Assembly (NCBI RefSeq): GCF_000196355.1 | Contig: NC_007614.1 | Span: forward strand, 3,000,001-3,032,000 | Source: Nitrosospira multiformis ATCC 25196 | Lineage (GTDB): Bacteria > Pseudomonadota > Gammaproteobacteria > Burkholderiales > Nitrosomonadaceae | Length of the DNA stretch: 32,000 nucleotides | Reading direction: 5' to 3' | In this document: piece by piece, positions 1 through 8,846 of the stretch | Position numbering within the stretch: position 1 is the stretch's first letter | Layout of the letters: every line of letters begins with the position of its first letter | Notes under the pieces: generated by a model | Database searches by the model: none | What the model was told of the DNA's origin: nothing | Seen by the model: the letters and a program-made list of their open reading frames with translations, nothing else | Made by a program: the position numbers and the translations under genes

Positions 1-772
1 GATGACTCCCGCGAGCATCAACGCCGCCACGGTGGCAAGCGATGCGCAAAAATAAATTCCTATTTGCAACGGTAGCACGGCCACGCCTAAAGTTCTTGCC
101 TTCATTTGACCCAGTGACAAAACGTTCAGGCTCCCGGAAAAAAGCAGGCTCACGGCGGATACGAGAATGAGCGTTACCCAGGCTGGCAATGGCTCTTCGG
201 CACGCGAAACATCCCCCATCAACCAGAAGAGCATGCCTTTGACATCGCTCGCCGGCGCAAGGGTAAGAATCAGCGTTGTGAGCGCCCCGCAACCAGCGGA
301 CAACACCACACCAGTCAGAAGCAGCCGGTAAAGATTCCAGTTGCCCGCGCGAAAACTCAGGCCGAATACAATGGCAACGATCGTCAAAGCTCCCGCTAGG
401 GACGTCAGATTCGTCAGCAGAGTTCCCCACCCGAGGAGCATGGCAAGGAGTGCGCCTACGGCTGCGCCCCCCGAAACCCCCAGGATATATGGATCGGCGA
501 GAGGATTGCGCAATAAAACCTGCAACAATGCCCCCGCCAGCGCCAGAAGACCGCCGCAGGCAAAGGCGGCCAGTACCCGTGGCAGGCGAAGTTGCCAGAT
601 AATCTGATGAGAGATGCTGTCGGTTGAAGACAGCAGTGCTTGAACGACGCCGAAAACCGGAATATGGACGCTGCCGAACAGCAAACCGATGAAAAGGCTG
701 CCCATGGCCAGCAGGCCGAAGAGAACCAGCAGCAGGGGATACGAATGTCTGAAGCCTGCGCCTGATGTCATG
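1..772 (-). CDS. ABC transporter permease, FecCD/BtuC family (iron-chelate or cobalamin type). Only the N-terminal ~257 aa are present; the gene continues past the left edge.
   Basis: Absent from the ORF track because it is open at the window edge. My translation of the minus strand from ATG 772..770 reads MTSGAGFRHSYPLLLVLFGLLAMGSLFIGLLFGSVHIPVFGVVQALL...WQLRLPRVLAAFACGGLLALAGALLQVLLRNPLADPYILGVSGGAAVGALLAMLLGW... The LRLPR and LLRNPLADPYILGVSGGA blocks are FecCD-family signatures, and the profile is multi-TM hydrophobic. Confidence 0.85.
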
Positions 773-934
773 CCAGTACGCAGATATTCAATGCTCGCGA
801 CTGGGAGAAAGCAGCGGTGAATAGGAACAACTGCCGGTTTCCGTCGGGTCGTTTCAGCATTAGGCAGCAGGGACTGCTCTTTGCCGCCCTCTCGCCTGCC
901 TTAAGCGCCCACCTCCCCGGTGCCCTCCTCTGCG

Positions 935-1597
935 CTATCGCAGGCTGATGATGGGCCACCCGTTTTTTTCCGCATGTGCCCTGAGTGTTGCGTCAGGATC
1001 CACTGCCACCGGGCGGGTCACTTTTTTAAGCAGCGGCAGATCATTTAAGGAATCACTGTAAAACCAGCTTTCCAGAAAAGATAACCAGGTCAGGTTATGA
1101 TGGTCCAGCCAGCTTTCCAGGCGCACGACCTTGCCGTCGCGGAAACAGGGAGGGCCGGAAACCCTGCCCGTGAATTCCCCATCCCTTTGCTCCGGTTCGG
1201 TAGCGATGAGATGATTTATGCCGAATGCCCTTGCAATCGGCCCTGTTACAAAACTGTTGGTTGCCGTAATGATGACGCACAAATCGCCCGCAAGCATGTG
1301 GCGATTGACGAGCTTGCGCGCCTGCAGCGTGATCAGGGGCAGAATCCTTTTTTCCATGAAATCCTTGTGCCAGGCATCCAGCTGGCTGCGAGAATGACGC
1401 GACAGGGGTTTCAACTGAAAATCCAGGAATTCCTGGATATCCAGAGTACCTGCCTTGTACTGCTCGTAGAATTCGATATTGCGGGCTTCATGGAGTTCGC
1501 GGTCGAGCACCCCCTGCTCGATGAGGTGCTGTCCCCACTGGAAGTCGCTATCGCCCGCAAGCAGGGTATTATCGAGGTCAAATAAAGCAAGATTCAT
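935..1597 (-). CDS. HAD-superfamily hydrolase, subfamily IB (phosphoserine-phosphatase-like)
   Basis: 220-aa ORF. The N-terminal LFDLDNTLL supplies the HAD motif I DxD nucleophile, followed by ITATNSF and a late SDSLNDLPLL motif. Its start overlaps the hda stop by ATGA (1594-1597). Confidence 0.85.
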   Translation of the reverse strand: MNLALFDLDNTLLAGDSDFQWGQHLIEQGVLDRELHEARNIEFYEQYKAGTLDIQEFLDFQLKPLSRHSRSQLDAWHKDFMEKRILPLITLQARKLVNRHMLAGDLCVIITATNSFVTGPIARAFGINHLIATEPEQRDGEFTGRVSGPPCFRDGKVVRLESWLDHHNLTWLSFLESWFYSDSLNDLPLLKKVTRPVAVDPDATLRAHAEKNGWPIISLR

Positions 1598-2268
1598 GAG
1601 GCGGCCTGCAATAGCTCGCGTACCAGCGGAACAGTTATTTTCCGGTGACTCGCCAGCGAATATTTATCCAGCGCGTTAAGCTTCGCCATCAGGGAAGTCA
1701 AATCGCGCCGCTCATGTCGCAGCAGGTAGTCACATACCTCCTGTGGCAAAGCAAGGCCGCGGCTGCTGGCGTGGCTTTTCATGGCTTCCATTTTTTCCTC
1801 ATCAGTCAATTCATGAACCTCGTACACCAGCCCCCATGCAAGGCGGGTAAGCAGATCTGCGCGCAGCTTCAGCTGCGTGGGAGCGACGGAACCGCTTACC
1901 AGCAGGAACGCTTGCCCTTCATCACGGATACGATTATAGAGATGAAACAGTCCGATCTGGGCATCGGCACCAAGGCGATCCACGTCGTCCACCATCACGC
2001 AATCGGCCTCGCTGCCATTCGCGAAAGACGTTCTCTCGCCACACGCGAAATAAAGCGTGTTCATGTCATTGCGCTTGCACGCACTGGCAACGCCTTGCAG
2101 CAGATGACTTTTTCCGCAACCCGTTCCCCCCCATATATAAACAAAACGCTCGTGCTTCCGCATCATTAGAAGGTTATCCAGGGTTTGCAACAACTCCGCG
2201 TTGCGGCCCGTCACGAAATTGGATAAGGTCGGTGGCGGAGGGATTATGTCCAGCGGCAATTGCTTCAT
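1594..2268 (-). CDS. hda: DnaA regulatory inactivator Hda (DnaA-family AAA+ protein)
   Basis: The ORF 1594..2271 starts MMKQLPL. The first M is a TTG at 2271 and the second is an ATG at 2268, which I take as the likely start. It has a Walker A motif (WGGTGCGKSHLLQG), a VDDVD Walker B-like motif and the Hda length (~224 aa). It lies divergent from purM, a common arrangement. Confidence 0.9.
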   Translation of the reverse strand: MKQLPLDIIPPPPTLSNFVTGRNAELLQTLDNLLMMRKHERFVYIWGGTGCGKSHLLQGVASACKRNDMNTLYFACGERTSFANGSEADCVMVDDVDRLGADAQIGLFHLYNRIRDEGQAFLLVSGSVAPTQLKLRADLLTRLAWGLVYEVHELTDEEKMEAMKSHASSRGLALPQEVCDYLLRHERRDLTSLMAKLNALDKYSLASHRKITVPLVRELLQAAS

Positions 2269-2463
2269 CAACGAGGGAGCTGTTACTGGATATCAGGATA
2301 AGAAACAGGCGATACGGACGCAGACGTAGATCTGGAGTATTGTCCGAAAACGGCCATCAAACTCGAATGATGTCAGGGTTTCGTGTTAGGGTTCCTTGGC
2401 GCCATTTGCGGTAAAATTGCGGCTTCAAACGCCACTCTATCTGTAACAGGACGAGAATTCAAC

Positions 2464-3522
2464 TTGACCACATCCAAACCCCACGAAGAAAACCTCTCTC
2501 CTCTCTCTTACCGCGCCGCCGGCGTCGATATAGACGCCGGCGAACGTCTGGTGGAAAACATAAGGCCCTACGCAAAACGCACTCTGCGGCCCGAAGTGCT
2601 GGCCGGTATCGGCGGCTTTGGCGCACTTTTCGAAATTTCCCGGAAATTCAACAATCCGGTACTGGTAGCAGGTACGGATGGGGTAGGTACCAAACTGAAG
2701 CTCGCGTTCGAATCCGGCAGGCACGACACGGTCGGCATCGACCTGGTTGCAATGAGTGTGAACGATATTCTGGTGCAGGGGGCAGAGCCGCTGTTTTTTC
2801 TGGACTATTTCGCGTGTGGGAAGCTGGACGTGGACACTGCCACCCTGGTAGTGAAGGGCATTGCAGCCGGATGCGAGCAAGCCGGATGCGCCTTGATAGG
2901 CGGAGAAACCGCTGAGATGCCGGGGATGTATCCGGAAGGCGAGTATGATCTTGCCGGTTTCGCTGTCGGCGCGGTCGAGAAGGATCGCATCATCACGGGC
3001 ACAACCATCAAGGCAGGCGACGCAGTACTGGGACTTGCTTCCAGCGGCGCCCATTCAAATGGCTATTCCCTGATCCGCAAGATCATCGAGAAAAATAATG
3101 TGGATTTGTCCGCCGATTTTCATGGCAGGGCGTTAATAGATGTAATCATGGCGCCTACCCGGATTTACGTGAAGCCTCTGCTCGAGCTCATGAGGCAGGT
3201 ACCGGTTAAAGGCATGGCGCATATCACGGGCGGTGGCCTGCTGGAAAATATTCCGCGCATCCTGCCTGAAGGCGTTACGGCAGTATTGAAGAAAGAAACC
3301 TGGGAGATGCCTCCGCTTTTTGCCTGGCTGCAGCGGGAAGGCAATGTGGCCGATAATGAAATGCACCGCGTTTTCAATTGTGGCATTGGCATGGCCGTCG
3401 TCGTGGCGCCGGAGTATATCGATGCCGCCGCGCAATTGCTTCAATCAAAGGGAGAAATCGCATGGCGCATTGGCACCATTCGCGAGCAGCGCGCGGACGA
3501 ACCCCGGACGATCCTCGAGTGA
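2464..3522 (+). CDS. purM: Phosphoribosylformylglycinamidine cyclo-ligase (AIR synthetase)
   Basis: The sequence [22 protein letters not shown]...GGFGALFEI...[14 protein letters not shown] is classic PurM. The track ORF starts at GTG 2383. I prefer the in-frame TTG at 2464, which has AGGA 11-15 nt upstream and gives ~352 aa, the usual PurM length. The exact start is uncertain. Confidence 0.93.
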   Translation: MTTSKPHEENLSPLSYRAAGVDIDAGERLVENIRPYAKRTLRPEVLAGIGGFGALFEISRKFNNPVLVAGTDGVGTKLKLAFESGRHDTVGIDLVAMSVNDILVQGAEPLFFLDYFACGKLDVDTATLVVKGIAAGCEQAGCALIGGETAEMPGMYPEGEYDLAGFAVGAVEKDRIITGTTIKAGDAVLGLASSGAHSNGYSLIRKIIEKNNVDLSADFHGRALIDVIMAPTRIYVKPLLELMRQVPVKGMAHITGGGLLENIPRILPEGVTAVLKKETWEMPPLFAWLQREGNVADNEMHRVFNCGIGMAVVVAPEYIDAAAQLLQSKGEIAWRIGTIREQRADEPRTILE

Positions 3523-3569
3523 GCAGTGTGGAGCACTACACACATGCAACGTGAATCCCCTGCTGATCC

Positions 3570-4208
3570 ATGAAGTCACTCGTGATCCTTATCTCCGGCC
3601 GCGGCAGCAATATGCAAGCTCTTATGGAAGCAAATCTCCCTGCCCGGATAGCCGCGGTCATCAGCAACAAGCCAGAAGCGCCAGGGCTCGAAACCGCGCG
3701 CAGCCGCGGTTATGAAACCATTGTGCTGGACCCACGGTCATACCCGGATCGCGAAGCGTTTGACCAGAAACTTGCCGAGGCGATCGATGCCTACGCCCCC
3801 GATCTCGTCGCCCTGGCCGGTTTCATGCGCCTGCTCGGGGACAATTTTGTCAGCCGATATAAAGGCAGGCTGATAAACATTCATCCTTCGCTGCTGCCCG
3901 CTTTTCCCGGCCTGCACCCTCACCGGCAGGCATTGAAGGAAGGCGTGAAGGTGCATGGATGCACAGTGCATTTTGTCACCGCCGAAACGGATCGAGGTCC
4001 GATCATTATCCAGGCGGCTGTTCAGGTCATGCCGGACGATACTGAGGAAACACTGGCCGCGCGCGTGCTGCGACAGGAACATCGCATTTATCCTGAAGCC
4101 GTGCGCTGGTTTATGAAAGACCGGTTGAAGCTCTCTGATAACAGTGTTGAGGTGAGCGATGCCGATTTCGACAATTCTGTTCTATATTCACCCGGACTAT
4201 CCAAATGA
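3570..4208 (+). CDS. purN: Phosphoribosylglycinamide formyltransferase
   Basis: 212 aa. The motifs LISGRGSNMQAL, LAGFMRLL, INIHPSLLPAFPG and HGCTVHFVTAETDRGPII are PurN hallmarks. It lies directly downstream of purM. Confidence 0.95.
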   Translation: MKSLVILISGRGSNMQALMEANLPARIAAVISNKPEAPGLETARSRGYETIVLDPRSYPDREAFDQKLAEAIDAYAPDLVALAGFMRLLGDNFVSRYKGRLINIHPSLLPAFPGLHPHRQALKEGVKVHGCTVHFVTAETDRGPIIIQAAVQVMPDDTEETLAARVLRQEHRIYPEAVRWFMKDRLKLSDNSVEVSDADFDNSVLYSPGLSK

Positions 4209-4969
4209 AATTTTTATTTCTAGCTCTGTTGTCGGGCTCAGTTTTTTTTGCTTTTCCCGCTTTTTCCGCTTGCGCTGCCTGCGGCACAGAAGTGCCGTCG
4301 CGCGTCGATATCAGCTATTCGGTCACGTCTGGGAGCCTCGAAGCGGACATGAATGACACGCTGAAAATCACTCAGGAAAACGGCGAGCGCCGCTACAGCC
4401 TATCCAGCGAGGGCAAGGCCAAGGGCCTGCTAGCCCTGACACAACCGGACACCCTGGTGCGGGACAGTGAAGGCATCATCACCACCCAGGGGACGCTGCG
4501 GCCGGAGCGGTTTTCGGATCAGCACGGAAACAAGGTGCCGAAAGTGGCGATTTTCGACTGGAGCAAGAAACTGATCACGCTTCAGCATAAACGCGGGGAA
4601 GAGCAAAAAGCGCTGCCTGCCGATGCTCAGGACAAGCTTAGCCTGCTCTACAGCTTCATGTTTACTCCTGTCTCCGGCAAGGTGGTAAACCTGCACGAAA
4701 CCGATGGGAAGCACCTCGAGTCGGTACGCTATGCTGTGAGCAAGGAAACCCTCGATACTCCCATGGGCAAACTGGAAACGATCGTGCTGACGAAGCAACT
4801 GGAAAAAGAAGGGGATCGGGATAAAAAAATCTGGCTTGCTGTCGATCACCATATGCTGCCGGTGCGCGTCGTGGCTACCGAAAAAATCGGCATCGTGACG
4901 GATCAGATGGTGACAAAAATAAGTTATGGAGGGCCGATGAACGGCCTAAAACAGGGCCGCCTGCAATAG
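4205..4969 (+). CDS. Exported DUF3108-like protein
   Basis: 254 aa with an N-terminal signal peptide (MKFLFLALLSGSVFFAFPAFSA). Its start has an ATGA overlap with the purN stop. From memory, a DUF3108 protein after purN is a conserved betaproteobacterial arrangement. The family assignment rests on recollection, not a search. Confidence 0.7.
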   Translation: MKFLFLALLSGSVFFAFPAFSACAACGTEVPSRVDISYSVTSGSLEADMNDTLKITQENGERRYSLSSEGKAKGLLALTQPDTLVRDSEGIITTQGTLRPERFSDQHGNKVPKVAIFDWSKKLITLQHKRGEEQKALPADAQDKLSLLYSFMFTPVSGKVVNLHETDGKHLESVRYAVSKETLDTPMGKLETIVLTKQLEKEGDRDKKIWLAVDHHMLPVRVVATEKIGIVTDQMVTKISYGGPMNGLKQGRLQ

Positions 4970-5119
4970 GCTCGGCTGCGGCAAACCTGTAAAATCACTG
5001 GGACGTCAGAGTGGTTGTGCCGGGCAGCGAGTGCCGTCTGCCCGAATCCTCCCTTTGCGCCTGCCTGTCCTGCTAAGGCGTGCTTTGCGTCCGCTTCTGC
5101 CGAGCAGTATCGATAATTC

Positions 5120-6391
5120 ATGACAATGCGTCTTACCCCTGCTCATCTCGACATGGCAACCGCTGCACTGCGCACTGTACTTCCACTGCAACGTCCGGCT
5201 GATTCTTTGTTGCGGCATTTTTTCCAGGACAATCGGAAACTCGGCGTGCACGATCGCGCGTTCATCGCTGAAATCGTATTCGGTATTCTGCGCCACCGTT
5301 TTTTTCTGGAGCGCGTGGTGGAAATTGCCACACCTCGTTCGCTCCTGCTGGCGTATCTGGCGAAATTCTCGGGAATGAACTTGCGCGAGCTGACGCCCCT
5401 GGTGAGTGAAACAGAAGCAAAACGGCTTGCGGAAATGAAAGCAGTGTCGCTGGAATCGCAGCCCCTCGGCGTCCAGGCAGAATTTCCGGAGTGGCTGTTG
5501 GAAAAACTGCGGGAATTCATGGACGATGGAGCCATTCTTGACCTGGGCCGCTCGCTGCAAGCACCCGCACCCCTTGATCTGCGTGTCAATACGCAGCTTG
5601 CGACGCGCGAGGAAGTTATCGAGCTGTTGAGAAAAGATGGAATCGAAGGCATGCCGACGCCCTACTCGCCCCTCGGTATCCGCCTTACCGGAAAGCCGGC
5701 GATCAACCGGCATGAAGCGTTCATGAGCGGCAAGATCGAAGTCCAGGATGAAAGCAGCCAGCTGCTGGGTTATCTGCTTGCCCCCAGGCGCCGGGACATG
5801 GTAGTGGATTTCTGCGCGGGAGCGGGAGGAAAGTCGCTGATGCTGGGGGCGCTGATGTGTTCGCAGGGACGCATCTATGCTTTCGATAATTCGGAAAAGC
5901 GGCTGAACAATCTCAAGCCCCGCCTCAAGCGTTCCGGCTTATCGAACCTCCATCCTCAGCTCATCGCCAATGAAAACGACATAAAGGTGAAACGGCTGGC
6001 GGGAAAAATCGATCGGGTATTGGTGGATGCACCTTGCAGCGGGCTTGGAACCCTGCGACGAAACCCGGATCTGAAATGGCGCCAGTCGCCGCAAAGCATC
6101 GAGGAACTCAAGTGCAAGCAAACCGCTATCCTGTCATCTGCGGCCAACTTGCTTAAACCGGGTGGCAGGCTTGTTTATGCCACTTGCAGCTTTTTACCGG
6201 AAGAAAACCAGGAAATCGTTGAGAATTTTATTGCGAATAACCCCCGCTTCACCCTGTTGAATTGCGCCGAGTTATTGCGCCAGCAAAAAATCCCGCTCGA
6301 CACCGGTGTGTTTATGCAACTCCTGCCCAGGCTGCACGGAACGGATGGTTTTTTTGCCGCCGCACTGGAATCAGGGAAGGCTCAAACATGA
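5120..6391 (+). CDS. RsmB/NOL1/NOP2/Sun-family SAM-dependent RNA (cytosine-C5) methyltransferase
   Basis: 423 aa. It has a NusB-like N-terminus (RAFIAEIVFGILRHRFFLE), a SAM-binding motif (DFCAGAGGKS), motif IV (VLVDAPCSGLGTLRRNPDLKW) and motif VI (YATCSFLPEEN). Confidence 0.9.
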   Translation: MTMRLTPAHLDMATAALRTVLPLQRPADSLLRHFFQDNRKLGVHDRAFIAEIVFGILRHRFFLERVVEIATPRSLLLAYLAKFSGMNLRELTPLVSETEAKRLAEMKAVSLESQPLGVQAEFPEWLLEKLREFMDDGAILDLGRSLQAPAPLDLRVNTQLATREEVIELLRKDGIEGMPTPYSPLGIRLTGKPAINRHEAFMSGKIEVQDESSQLLGYLLAPRRRDMVVDFCAGAGGKSLMLGALMCSQGRIYAFDNSEKRLNNLKPRLKRSGLSNLHPQLIANENDIKVKRLAGKIDRVLVDAPCSGLGTLRRNPDLKWRQSPQSIEELKCKQTAILSSAANLLKPGGRLVYATCSFLPEENQEIVENFIANNPRFTLLNCAELLRQQKIPLDTGVFMQLLPRLHGTDGFFAAALESGKAQT

Positions 6392-6981
6392 TGTCACCAG
6401 GCCGTAGTCTCTCCGTGAAGCAGTATATGGCTGTCTGTCTTGCTGTACTCCTGACAACCTCTGCCGCAGCGTTTGAACCCCCTTCCTATCGCAAGCCACC
6501 TCCAGTCCTGTCCGCTTCCGGTACTGTGCAGGTTGCTTTCACGCCGGGGCAGGATGCGGGGAAACTGATCGCGGATGCCATCGATGGCGCCCGTACCCAG
6601 GTTCTGGTCCAGGCTTTCAGTTTTACCCATCGCAGAATTGCCGATGCTTTAATCGCAGCCAGGCATCGCGGAGTGGATGTAAAAGTCATTGCGGACAGGG
6701 AGCAGACCGAAAAAATTCCGACCAGTCTGATTGCGAGAATGGCGTCACAAGGTGTGCTGGTATTCATGGACTCGAATCACAGCAGTGCCCACAACAAGGT
6801 GATGCTGATCGATGCAGGCAGCACCCAGGCTACGCTGATTACCGGCAGTTTCAATTTCACCCATGCGGCACAGCACAAGAATGCGGAAAACGTGCTCGTG
6901 ATGCGTGGGAATTCCGCGCTCGTGGACCTTTACCGGGAAAACTGGCTGGATCATTTCAGTCATGCGCGGCCTTACCGCTGA
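6388..6981 (+). CDS. Secreted phospholipase D-family protein, Nuc-endonuclease-like (single HKD motif)
   Basis: The track ORF starts at 6262 inside the upstream gene. The in-frame ATG at 6388 overlaps that gene's stop (ATGA) and yields MMSPGRSLSVKQYMAVCLAVLLTTSAAAF, a signal peptide. The HKD motif is HNKVMLID followed by GSFNFT. At ~197 aa it is typical of Nuc-like PLD nucleases. Confidence 0.85.
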   Translation: MMSPGRSLSVKQYMAVCLAVLLTTSAAAFEPPSYRKPPPVLSASGTVQVAFTPGQDAGKLIADAIDGARTQVLVQAFSFTHRRIADALIAARHRGVDVKVIADREQTEKIPTSLIARMASQGVLVFMDSNHSSAHNKVMLIDAGSTQATLITGSFNFTHAAQHKNAENVLVMRGNSALVDLYRENWLDHFSHARPYR

Positions 6982-7063
6982 TTCAAGGCGTGTGAGCCTG
7001 TGCTTCCCTGAGCCGAAATGCGGCATGAGGGGAAAGTAGTTTACGCGTGCTAGAATCTGGCAC

Positions 7064-7095
7064 GCCCATCCATTTATCCATTTGCCCATCCATTT
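7064..7095 (+). repeat. Short tandem direct repeat GCCCATCCATTT / ATCCATTT / GCCCATCCATTT
   Basis: Read directly: 7064-7075 gcccatccattt, 7076-7083 atccattt, 7084-7095 gcccatccattt. It lies 30 nt upstream of the probable MscS start and just downstream of a TAGAAT -10-like hexamer (7051-7056). Confidence 0.8.
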
Positions 7096-7124
7096 CCGCC
7101 ACTGCCCCTCTTCTGTTTCAACGG

Positions 7125-8363
7125 ATGCACTTCAACATTGAATTCCAGAGCCTGCTGAACAAACTGCTTGCTCATGCGCAGCAAGTCCCCGTCCTGTGGC
7201 AGCTTGCTGTGTTGACTGCGGCCATGGGAATGGCGTGGTTGCTGCAAAGGCAGTTCATCCGGCGCGCTCCGGCGCGTGTCAATGCCGGCGGGAAGTTAAC
7301 CATCAGCGCACGCAGCCTGAGCCGGCTCCTGTTTCCATTTTTTGCGCTGGTCTTTACTGTCGTCGGCAAGGGAGCGCTGGACTATTGGTACCCGACGCAC
7401 CTGCTCAATATCATTATCCCGATTCTGTTCGCGCTCGTCCTGATCCGTGCCGCGGTCTACATGCTGCGCAAGGTATTTCGCCGCCAGGAGTGGCTCCGCC
7501 CGTGGGAACGATTCATCGGCTGGACGGTGTGGATAGGATTCGCGCTTTATATCACAGGGCTTTTGCCCGAAATTCTGGCCCTTCTCGACGACATTTCACT
7601 GCATGTCGGCAAGCAGCGTATTTCGATATTGCTGATCGCCCAGGGTTTCATCGCGTTCACCGTCAGCATGCTCGTGGCCGCCTCGCTTGCAAGTTCGGTT
7701 GAAACCCGCATCATGATGGCGAGAGCGCTGAATATCAATCAGCGTGTCATCTTGTCGAAGATCAGCCGCACCATTCTGATCATTATCGGAGTGTTGGTTG
7801 CGTTGCCCATGGTCGGCGTGGATATCACGTTTCTGTCCGTGTTTGGAGGTGCACTCGGCGTCGGGCTCGGACTGGGATTGCAAAAGATCGCGAGTAACTA
7901 CATCAGCGGGTTTATCATTCTCCTGGACCATTCCCTCCATCTCGGCGATATAATCACGGTGGATAACCGCAAAGGCGAGGTGACCTCGCTCACCACGCGG
8001 TATGTGGTGCTCAAGAGCGAAGAAGGTACCAATATCCTCATTCCCAATGACGTTTTCATTACTTCGGCTGTCATCAACCATCCCTTCTCCGATCGCCGAT
8101 TGCGCCTTGTCTTTCCGATGCGTATCAGCTACGACAGTCCGATCGAAGCCGCGATGAAAATCATGTCGGAAGCGGCAAAGAGGCGCCAGCAGATATTGGC
8201 CGAGCCTGCTCCCGCAGTGTATCTCAAGGAATTCGTCGATGGCGGGATCGTTCTGGAACTCGTCGCATGGGTGGAAGAAGCGGAGAAGAATCTGCCTGCG
8301 CTACGGTCCGATATCAACCTCGATATCTGGCGGACATTCGGAGAAAACGGGATCAAGCGTTGA
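7125..8363 (+). CDS. Mechanosensitive ion channel, MscS family
   Basis: It has several N-terminal TM helices and then the MscS core GLGLGLQKIASNYISGFIILLDHSLHLGDIITVDNRKGEVTSLTTRYVVLKSEEGTNILIPNDVF. The track ORF starts at 7047. ATG 7125 (MHFNIEFQSLL) is a plausible alternative start, and the choice between them is uncertain. Confidence 0.85.
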   Translation: MHFNIEFQSLLNKLLAHAQQVPVLWQLAVLTAAMGMAWLLQRQFIRRAPARVNAGGKLTISARSLSRLLFPFFALVFTVVGKGALDYWYPTHLLNIIIPILFALVLIRAAVYMLRKVFRRQEWLRPWERFIGWTVWIGFALYITGLLPEILALLDDISLHVGKQRISILLIAQGFIAFTVSMLVAASLASSVETRIMMARALNINQRVILSKISRTILIIIGVLVALPMVGVDITFLSVFGGALGVGLGLGLQKIASNYISGFIILLDHSLHLGDIITVDNRKGEVTSLTTRYVVLKSEEGTNILIPNDVFITSAVINHPFSDRRLRLVFPMRISYDSPIEAAMKIMSEAAKRRQQILAEPAPAVYLKEFVDGGIVLELVAWVEEAEKNLPALRSDINLDIWRTFGENGIKR

Positions 8364-8458
8364 CTGAGGGCTTTTCAACCACATCAGCCCCAACGGTCCG
8401 TTTATAGTTTCTGCCCCCTCCGCCGCCAGGTCGGGAACTGTCCGGAACCCTGAGGCGG

Positions 8459-8794
8459 ATGGTAATATTGTTCCGGAAGAAAATCAGTGATATCCGAACT
8501 GTTATGGGCGCCTTGGTTTTTTATACCGTCATCTATTTCCTTGGCTATTACGCCGCCCACATGTTGAACGAACTGTCGGGCCGGAAACTGATCGTAAACC
8601 GCCGCATGGGGGGTCTGGTTCTCGCTCTCCTGGTTGGAACAGCACATGGCTACAAGATCATCAGCAGTCCGCCCCCTCATCATGGAGATGGAGCAGGTTT
8701 TGCGCTCGGTCTGTACGTACTCCTGCCTCTGGCCATCATTACGATAGCTGTCCTCTATCTCAACTGGCAGGATCGTCAGGATAACGAACGTTGA
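8459..8794 (+). CDS. Hypothetical small membrane protein (about 3 TM segments)
   Basis: 111-aa ORF with three clear hydrophobic helices (ALVFYTVIYFLGYYAAHML, GGLVLALLVGTAHG, FALGLYVLLPLAIITIAVLYL) and GAGG 6-10 nt upstream of the ATG. I prefer it over the overlapping antisense ORF 8402..8839, which has no protein-like features. No family was recognised. Confidence 0.45.
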   Translation: MVILFRKKISDIRTVMGALVFYTVIYFLGYYAAHMLNELSGRKLIVNRRMGGLVLALLVGTAHGYKIISSPPPHHGDGAGFALGLYVLLPLAIITIAVLYLNWQDRQDNER

Positions 8795-8846
8795 TTTTAT
8801 TGAGGCGTGTGCGATGCGAGCAGACGATGTTATCTGCACGGTTGTC

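Noticed and set aside
773-934. Cobalamin riboswitch upstream of the FecCD/BtuC-type permease
   Set aside because: The minus strand has a weak B12-box-like string (gacccgacggaaaccggcag). It lacks the conserved GGGAA...GGTG..AA.CC core and the GCCACTG element. I cannot support an RNA-family call by eye, so it is kept only as an unexplained spacer.
2272-2463. DnaA boxes or a PurR operator in the hda-purM divergent region
   Set aside because: No 8/9 or better TTATCCACA match and no ACGCAAACGTTTGCGT-like palindrome is present in this region. The only near DnaA boxes seen (2174-2182 inside hda, and ttatccatc around 9520) are isolated and probably fortuitous.
5043-5050. Neisseria DUS-like fragments (gccgtctg at 5043-5050, and the exact 10-mer at 9205-9214)
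   Set aside because: There is one exact copy and one 8/10 copy in 32 kb, far below the roughly one-per-kb density of genuine DUS-bearing genomes. They are noted only as a weak provenance hint for the islet, not as an uptake-signal system.
8402-8839. 145-aa minus-strand ORF overlapping the 111-aa plus-strand ORF
   Set aside because: The translation (…SYRNDGQRQEYVQTERKTCSISMMRGRTADD…) has no hydrophobic or motif structure. The opposite strand encodes three clean TM helices with an SD, so this one is treated as the antisense shadow.
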